Source: Patescibacteria group bacterium (GTDB taxonomy: Bacteria > Patescibacteriota > Patescibacteriia > UBA9934). Taken from it: a stretch of DNA of 64,000 bases. The translations under genes were made by a program, and so were the position numbers. Position 1 is the stretch's first letter. Each line of letters starts with the position of its first letter. This document shows positions 59,457 to 64,000 of this stretch, piece by piece. Below the pieces are notes generated by a model. The model was not told where the DNA came from, made no database searches, and saw nothing but the letters and a program-made list of their open reading frames with translations. The stretch lies in the NCBI GenBank assembly GCA_041660165.1, contig JBAZWW010000004.1, positions 14,839 through 78,838 on the forward strand, given 5' to 3'.

Positions 59457-59753
59457 CTACGGTTTTACAGAGGCATCCTGAATCAATTTCTTCAATTTAT
59501 CAACTGACGTATCCGCAGGAGTCTGAGTGGCCACTCCACCCACCTGGGGGGAGGCTAAAAGGGGGGAATCGAACTGCGTGCGCATATTCGTCAGATCACT
59601 CTTCACTGACACAAGCGCTCTGGCAGACAGCGTAGTCTTCAGCTGGCCGAGCATGATCAGCCCCGTGATGGCCAGTCCGCCAACGAACACGGCCACCAGC
59701 CGTTCCCGTCCCCGCGGTATCTTACGTTTGATAATGAGTCTGTGTCCCTCCAT
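59457..59753 (-). CDS. Small single-TM hypothetical protein
   Basis: In operon between the MBL gene and gyrA. Confidence 0.6.
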   Translation of the reverse strand: MEGHRLIIKRKIPRGRERLVAVFVGGLAITGLIMLGQLKTTLSARALVSVKSDLTNMRTQFDSPLLASPQVGGVATQTPADTSVDKLKKLIQDASVKP

Positions 59754-59762
59754 ATGGCTCGA

Positions 59763-60401
59763 TTATTTTGTAAATGTTACGAGCTTCATATCTTCCTCCG
59801 GCAAGCCCGCCTTCACTATCTTGAACTTGCTCACTTCCTCTGTCGGGCCAGACAGCTCGCGCTTAATAGCGTCAGCAGTGCCATAGCCATCCTCGCCATT
59901 CGCATACGACGGGATGACAATCCTCGGCTCAATCTGCGAAACAATCTCCGTGGCCTGTGAGGCGGTCAGTACGCCATTACCGCCAGCGGGAAGAATCAAG
60001 ACATCAATCGGTCCAAGGGCATCAATTTCCTTCTCTGTCAGACCCCGATCGAGAGCACCGAGGTATCCGATATGAATCCCCTCGCAATCAAAGCGGTAGA
60101 TAGCATGGGGTGTGCCATCTTTCTTTGGCGCATCAATGCCCGTCACAAAAACCCCGCGTACTTCATACTCCCCCGCATGAGACACCGGGAACACTTGCTG
60201 ACCCTCATCCGGGTGCTCTGGCGAAATATCCTTAAAGTTATTCGCGTCTTTCCCGTCATGGCTAGAAACCACAAGCGAAGCCGCCACGGACTTGAATTTT
60301 ACACTCGGCGAAACAAAAGGATTAGTCACGAGCGTTACATCCGCCTGCGCCGGTTTGAACGTAAACGTAAAACTTCCGAATCCATTATAAGCAATCTGCA
60401 T
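59763..60401 (-). CDS. Metallo-beta-lactamase-fold protein (degenerate metal ligands)
   Basis: GEYEVRGVFVTGI, IDVLILPAGG, IEPRIVIP. Confidence 0.82.
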   Translation of the reverse strand: MQIAYNGFGSFTFTFKPAQADVTLVTNPFVSPSVKFKSVAASLVVSSHDGKDANNFKDISPEHPDEGQQVFPVSHAGEYEVRGVFVTGIDAPKKDGTPHAIYRFDCEGIHIGYLGALDRGLTEKEIDALGPIDVLILPAGGNGVLTASQATEIVSQIEPRIVIPSYANGEDGYGTADAIKRELSGPTEEVSKFKIVKAGLPEEDMKLVTFTK

Positions 60402-60512
60402 AGAGGAGAATTCGGGTATAGATTAACACGAATCCCCCGCCACGCAAAGCGCAGACGGGGGATGATTCGATCGAACGAATTTACGGTGCGTCGGTGATAT
60501 AATTTATACAAT

Positions 60513-60818
60513 ATGGAAAATATACTTGTTGCTCTTTTGCTCTTCGCGTACGGATTCGTACTCCTTATGCCCGTATATGCATTAAGTGACTACTTAAAAC
60601 GACGGGCAGAAAAAACGCTAGGATTTAAATTAAAGACGTTTGGCAGAAGCTACCTGGTCTGGGCTCCTGAAAGTTACAAAGTAAACGCAAGCCAGCGTCA
60701 CGCGGCGTGGAAACTGAATCTGAAATATCTCGCCATAACAGTTCCAGCACTATTTGTCTGGCTTGTTATTTCGCTATATGGCTTTTCTTGGGTCATCTTC
60801 AAAATATTCGGACCATAA
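60513..60818 (+). CDS. Small membrane protein
   Basis: Two TM helices; AT-rich. Confidence 0.65.
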   Translation: MENILVALLLFAYGFVLLMPVYALSDYLKRRAEKTLGFKLKTFGRSYLVWAPESYKVNASQRHAAWKLNLKYLAITVPALFVWLVISLYGFSWVIFKIFGP

Positions 60819-61037
60819 ATAAATTATAACAGTCGGTGTGGATAAATATTGACCAAACTGCCAGTATTCTGGTATTTTAATGAAGGAATTGCCCCGTATC
60901 CAAACTGTGGCGTTTATCGCCGCTTTCCCGAAAGGGATAGGATGCGAGGTTGCGGAAATCAGAAAATATGCTATACTCTAGCTACATTCGGGATTTTCCC
61001 GCGGCCCCGTCCTCGCAAGAGGGCGGGGAACATGTTT

Positions 61038-61186
61038 TTAAAGGGAATAGAGCTTTCTAAAACCCTCCTTAACCTTTTGGAAATCGCTGTCATCAAGTGA
61101 CCCCATTTTTGAAGAAAGCCTCCTGTAATCAATGGTTCGTAACTGGTGGAGACAAACGTTCGTCATAATTCCCTTTGCTTTTGCAT
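61038..61186 (-). pseudogene. Internally deleted PemK/MazF-like toxin remnant
   Basis: GGAGG-ATG MQK then, in another frame, KGIMTNVCLHQLRTIDYRRLSSKMGSLDDSDFQKVKEGFRKLYSL, resembling the PemK C-terminal QxRxxDxxRL..xG.L motif. Confidence 0.6.
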
Positions 61187-61221
61187 AGCCTCCATCTCTA
61201 AACACTTCCTCACGTCATGGC

Positions 61222-61929
61222 CTAAATGCCATCTTCTGTAGCAACTTCCCCCTCCGGGTGCTCTTCAAACACGCCGGTCCAGTTTGCGATCTCTTGCTTG
61301 ACCTCTTCTTCAGATGGATCTCTTTCCACAATTGACCAGCCTTCTTCAAATTCATCCGCCTTGCCGATAATTTCTGAGCGCCACTTTTCATCACGGTCAG
61401 CCATGGAACGAAGCTGGTCGATCAATCCCTGAATGCGTTCTTCATCCTTTCTGTGAATGGCCACAAGGTCATCAAATTTTTGCTGACGCTCATGGGCGCG
61501 CTCATCGCACTGCTTACCAACCACATCATGTGCGTCAAGGATCGCAGTTTCTACCCGATAGCGTTCCTCCCCCGTCAGATCCTTCTCGAACAACTTGCTC
61601 TTAGCGTAGTCAGTAATATGAACACCGTTCTGGAGAGCCGGTTTAATTTTGTCGAGTAATGGAGCGTCGAGTTTAGTGATCACGGCTTCGTTCAGGCGCT
61701 TCTCCTCATCACTAGCGCACAATTCCTCATACGCCTTCCGGTACGGATATTCCTTTCGGCCAATGTAAATAAGCGCCTGGATGATTTGGCGTTCCGTAGC
61801 GCTTTCATTCGCTAGGAGCTCGTCATAAAGCTTCTTAGCCTCATCAATCACCTCATTTGGAGTTAACGGAACAAGTTTTTCAATAGAAAGCTTGTATTCC
61901 TGCAATAAATACTCGTGCGGATGGGCCAT
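61222..61929 (-). CDS. Hypothetical helical protein
   Basis: Long charged ORF starting MAHPHEY. Confidence 0.75.
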   Translation of the reverse strand: MAHPHEYLLQEYKLSIEKLVPLTPNEVIDEAKKLYDELLANESATERQIIQALIYIGRKEYPYRKAYEELCASDEEKRLNEAVITKLDAPLLDKIKPALQNGVHITDYAKSKLFEKDLTGEERYRVETAILDAHDVVGKQCDERAHERQQKFDDLVAIHRKDEERIQGLIDQLRSMADRDEKWRSEIIGKADEFEEGWSIVERDPSEEEVKQEIANWTGVFEEHPEGEVATEDGI

Positions 61930-62039
61930 AAACACAATTGACATGAAGTTAGAAAAAGTATAACCTTCCGAAGCTTCTTAATCTTAGCACCTGGAGAGCG
62001 AAAGGGCTCAGGCTCTTGTCCCCCGCCAGGAATATCACT

Positions 62040-63197
62040 ATGTCAACGGAATCTTTGCAGAAACTTTTAGATGAGGGCGGGTATTTTTCCATCCCGAAGA
62101 AGGGAGATTTAGTTAAAGGCAAGGTTCTATCTACCAAGAGCCGTCAGATTCGCTTGGACTTGAACGGCCTCATGGTAGGCGTGGTCCGCGGACGCGAGCT
62201 GTACTCTGAAGCCGATTTTTACAAGAACTTGAAAGTGGGTGATGAAGTGGAATCTACCGTAGTTGATCTTGAAAATGAAAACGGTGAGGTAGAGCTCTCC
62301 TTCCGCCACGCTGGCCAGAAGCGTGCTTGGGCTGATCTTTCAGACATGAGCAAGAAAGGTGATGCGATTGCCGTTCGCGTACTTGACGCTAACAAGGGCG
62401 GTTTGATTGTAAAGGTTGGCCACGTGCAGGGCTTCTTGCCAGTTTCTCAGCTGGCCCCAGAACATTATCCGCGCGTCATGGGCGGAGATAAGATCAAAAT
62501 CCTGGAAAAACTCAAGAGCTACGTTGGTCTGGATTTCCGCGTCAAAGTGCTTGACGTTGAGGAAGGTGATGACAAGCTCATCGTTTCTGAAAAGGCCGTT
62601 TGGGAGGATGAACAGAAGAACATTATTGCCCAGTGCAAAATTGGCGATGTGATTGCCGGAGACGTTTCTGCCGTGGCTGACTTTGGTGCCTTCGTAAAGT
62701 TCTTCCCAACCGGTACCAACGTTCCGCTTGAAGGACTTGTCCATATTTCTGAAATCGCTTGGCAGAGAATTGATCACCCGCGCGATGTCCTCAAGATTGC
62801 GGATCATGTTCGGGCAGAAATCATCGGCATTGAGGGCAGTAAGATTTTCCTCTCCATGAAAAAGCTCACAGAGGATCCGTGGAAGGATGTTGCTCGCCGT
62901 TACAAGATTGGCGATTGGGTGGAAGGCAAGATTGTGAAGGTTAATCCGTTCGGCTTCTTCGTTGAACTCGATCAGGATATCCAAGGCCTGGCCCACGTAT
63001 CCGAGCTGTCTGATAAGGCCGTTGAGGATCCGTCTACGCTCGCCAAAATTGGCGACACCATGAAGTTCCGCGTAGTCTCCATTGAACCAAACGAACATCG
63101 CCTTGGCCTGTCGCTCCGCAAGGAAGACGCCAAACCCAAGGAAGAGAAAGTCGTCGAAAAAATAGAAGAAAAGACCGAGGAAACTAAAGCCGAGTAA
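62040..63197 (+). CDS. rpsA: 30S ribosomal protein S1 (four S1 domains)
   Basis: [42 protein letters not shown]. Confidence 0.9.
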   Translation: MSTESLQKLLDEGGYFSIPKKGDLVKGKVLSTKSRQIRLDLNGLMVGVVRGRELYSEADFYKNLKVGDEVESTVVDLENENGEVELSFRHAGQKRAWADLSDMSKKGDAIAVRVLDANKGGLIVKVGHVQGFLPVSQLAPEHYPRVMGGDKIKILEKLKSYVGLDFRVKVLDVEEGDDKLIVSEKAVWEDEQKNIIAQCKIGDVIAGDVSAVADFGAFVKFFPTGTNVPLEGLVHISEIAWQRIDHPRDVLKIADHVRAEIIGIEGSKIFLSMKKLTEDPWKDVARRYKIGDWVEGKIVKVNPFGFFVELDQDIQGLAHVSELSDKAVEDPSTLAKIGDTMKFRVVSIEPNEHRLGLSLRKEDAKPKEEKVVEKIEEKTEETKAE

Positions 63198-63202
63198 CCA
63201 AA

Positions 63203-63232
63203 AAAGAACGGGTCCGAAAGGGTCCGTTCTTT
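63203..63232 (+). terminator. Intrinsic terminator after rpsA
   Basis: AAAGAACGGGTCC-GAAA-GGGTCCGTTCTTT. Confidence 0.7.
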
Positions 63233-63246
63233 GGCAATATCTCCCT

Positions 63247-64000
63247 ATGAAGCCTCTCTCAAAAAACATCATTTTCTTTCTCATCGTCATGCTGTTGATC
63301 GGCGTTGTTTTTTCGAGCATCAAAACCACCAAGGTCCCAGCGCCCGAAGAAATTGGCGTCTCAACGTTTGTGGAAAAAGTGAAAACCGGCGAGATCTCAA
63401 AACTCGAAATCACGGAGAATACGCTGACCGGCTTTCATGAAGATAAGCCCGTCTTCACCGCTAAGAAAGAAGGAAGCGAATCTGTTTCCACACTCCTCAC
63501 ACAGTACGGCCTCTCACCAGACGAGCTCAGCAAGCTGAACATCAGCGTGAAATCCCCGTCCGCCGGCGTTACGTTTGTACGGAGCATGTTGCCCACACTC
63601 TTGTTCGTAGTTGGCTTATCCATCGCGCTCTGGTTCTTCATGCGCCAGATGCAAGGCTCAAACAACAAGGCGCTCATGTTTGGCCAATCGAACGCGCGCG
63701 AAGTTGATAACAAGAAAAACAAGGTTACTTTTGGTGATGTAGCTGGCAACACGGAAGCCAAAGAAGAGCTATCAGAAATTGTCGAGTTCCTAAAAACCCC
63801 CAAGAAGTTCGTGGACCTTGGAGCCAAGATTCCCAAAGGCGTTTTGCTCATGGGTCCGCCAGGAACAGGTAAAACGCTCATTGCCCGCGCCGTTGCGGGC
63901 GAGGCCAATGCCCCGTTCTTTCACATCAGCGGTTCCGAGTTCGTTGAGATGTTTGTCGGTGTAGGTGCGTCGAGGGTTCGCGATCTTTTCGCCAAGGCCA
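63247..64000 (+). CDS. ftsH: ATP-dependent zinc metalloprotease FtsH (runs off window)
   Basis: Read manually: [12 protein letters not shown].. two TMs, [45 protein letters not shown]. Confidence 0.95.
   Translation, partial: MKPLSKNIIFFLIVMLLIGVVFSSIKTTKVPAPEEIGVSTFVEKVKTGEISKLEITENTLTGFHEDKPVFTAKKEGSESVSTLLTQYGLSPDELSKLNISVKSPSAGVTFVRSMLPTLLFVVGLSIALWFFMRQMQGSNNKALMFGQSNAREVDNKKNKVTFGDVAGNTEAKEELSEIVEFLKTPKKFVDLGAKIPKGVLLMGPPGTGKTLIARAVAGEANAPFFHISGSEFVEMFVGVGASRVRDLFAKA

Noticed and set aside
1-64000. Additional VR copies (remote DGR targets) and genetic-code reassignment
   Set aside because: No second match to the TR 3' end was seen by eye (not exhaustive). TGA terminates core genes such as murA and leuS, consistent with code 11.

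Overview
Chromosomal segment of a small-genome bacterium, most likely Patescibacteria/CPR. This is an inference from the compact housekeeping genes, few Shine-Dalgarno sites on core genes, split ComEC and CPR-type surface proteins. The core backbone is fusA-rpsG-rpsL, murA, ndk, comEC, leuS, gdhA, rarA, trxB/trxA, infB, mutM, adk, truB, rny, HU, proS, tRNA-Lys/tRNA-Arg, rnc, nusB, rpmF, gyrA, rpsA and ftsH. The main feature is a diversity-generating retroelement (DGR) at about 41.5-44.4 kb: an RT, an Avd, a 125-bp template repeat and a target gene whose variable repeat differs from TR at 21 positions, all TR adenines. Its layout is unusual. avd is inverted between TR and RT, its ATG abuts the RT ATG (CAT|ATG), it is shifted out of frame by a C11 tract (possible phase switch), and 38-bp direct repeats bracket the cassette. 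Also notable: three RNase-toxin-like genes (two NYN, one deleted PemK/MazF), each next to a predicted promoter-driven hairpin RNA; REP-like palindromes sitting in frame inside housekeeping genes; and an ~11-kb surface operon combining fimbrial/WxL-like subunits, a putative chaperone, a dockerin and two cohesins. All calls were made by eye with no database searches.
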